Source: a virus (taxonomy: Duplodnaviria > Caudoviricetes). From it: 64,000 bases of DNA. The stretch covers positions 7,315 through 71,314 of IMG/VR virus record IMGVR_UViG_2602041664_000003. The stretch is one strand, 5' to 3'. Shown one piece after another: positions 63,914 through 64,000 of this stretch (positions within the stretch are counted from its first letter, which is position 1; each line of letters opens with the position of its first letter). The notes beneath the pieces were generated by a model. It was not told where the DNA came from, did not search any database, and was given only the letters and a program-made list of their open reading frames with translations. A program made the translations under genes and the position numbers.

Positions 63914-64000
63914 AAAAAATCGTACCCAAACTATAATAATTAAAGAATAAACATACCAGAGGAAGAGGAATCGGAAAGAGCAGAATCCACCCTTGCCCAT

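Noticed and set aside
63914-64000. N-terminal extension of the BRO antirepressor ORF
   Set aside because: The BRO domain starts at MNELRIF (63913); the upstream sequence looks like a leader truncated by the window edge

Overview
The whole window is part of a temperate siphovirus or prophage of a Bacteroidota (Prevotella/Bacteroides-like) host. This rests on TAnnTTTG -7 promoter boxes, AT-rich leaders without Shine-Dalgarno sequences, and Bacteroidota-phage gene families. From left to right: (1) a leftward array of tiny early-type genes separated by uniform hairpin spacers (1-2.8 kb). (2) A non-coding control region, then a rightward accessory operon with a D5/SF3 helicase, an NPPY DNA methyltransferase, a Tad2-like fusion, HU, dUTPase, a RuvC-like resolvase and KilA-N. 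(3) A leftward TerL-portal-TerS block, with a Pro1 class-3 mini-intein in TerL. (4) A tRNA-Met and the rightward head/tail operon, with a -1 frameshift chaperone and a 2101-aa tape measure, followed by tail-tip and lysis genes. (5) A leftward replication/recombination arm with two PAPS-reductase-family genes, a DnaC-like ATPase, an initiator with iterons, a split C5-MTase, an exonuclease, xis-like and antirepressor genes. No integrase, repressor or reverse transcriptase gene is visible in the window. The most unusual signals are RNA-level. A 184-nt tRNA-in-tRNA element at 58.1-58.25 kb has related tRNA-like elements at 62 kb. A candidate sRNA is antisense to the shared leader of the early gene array. 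Kissing-loop/switch leaders sit in front of DNA-binding genes. All family assignments are by motif recognition, not database search.
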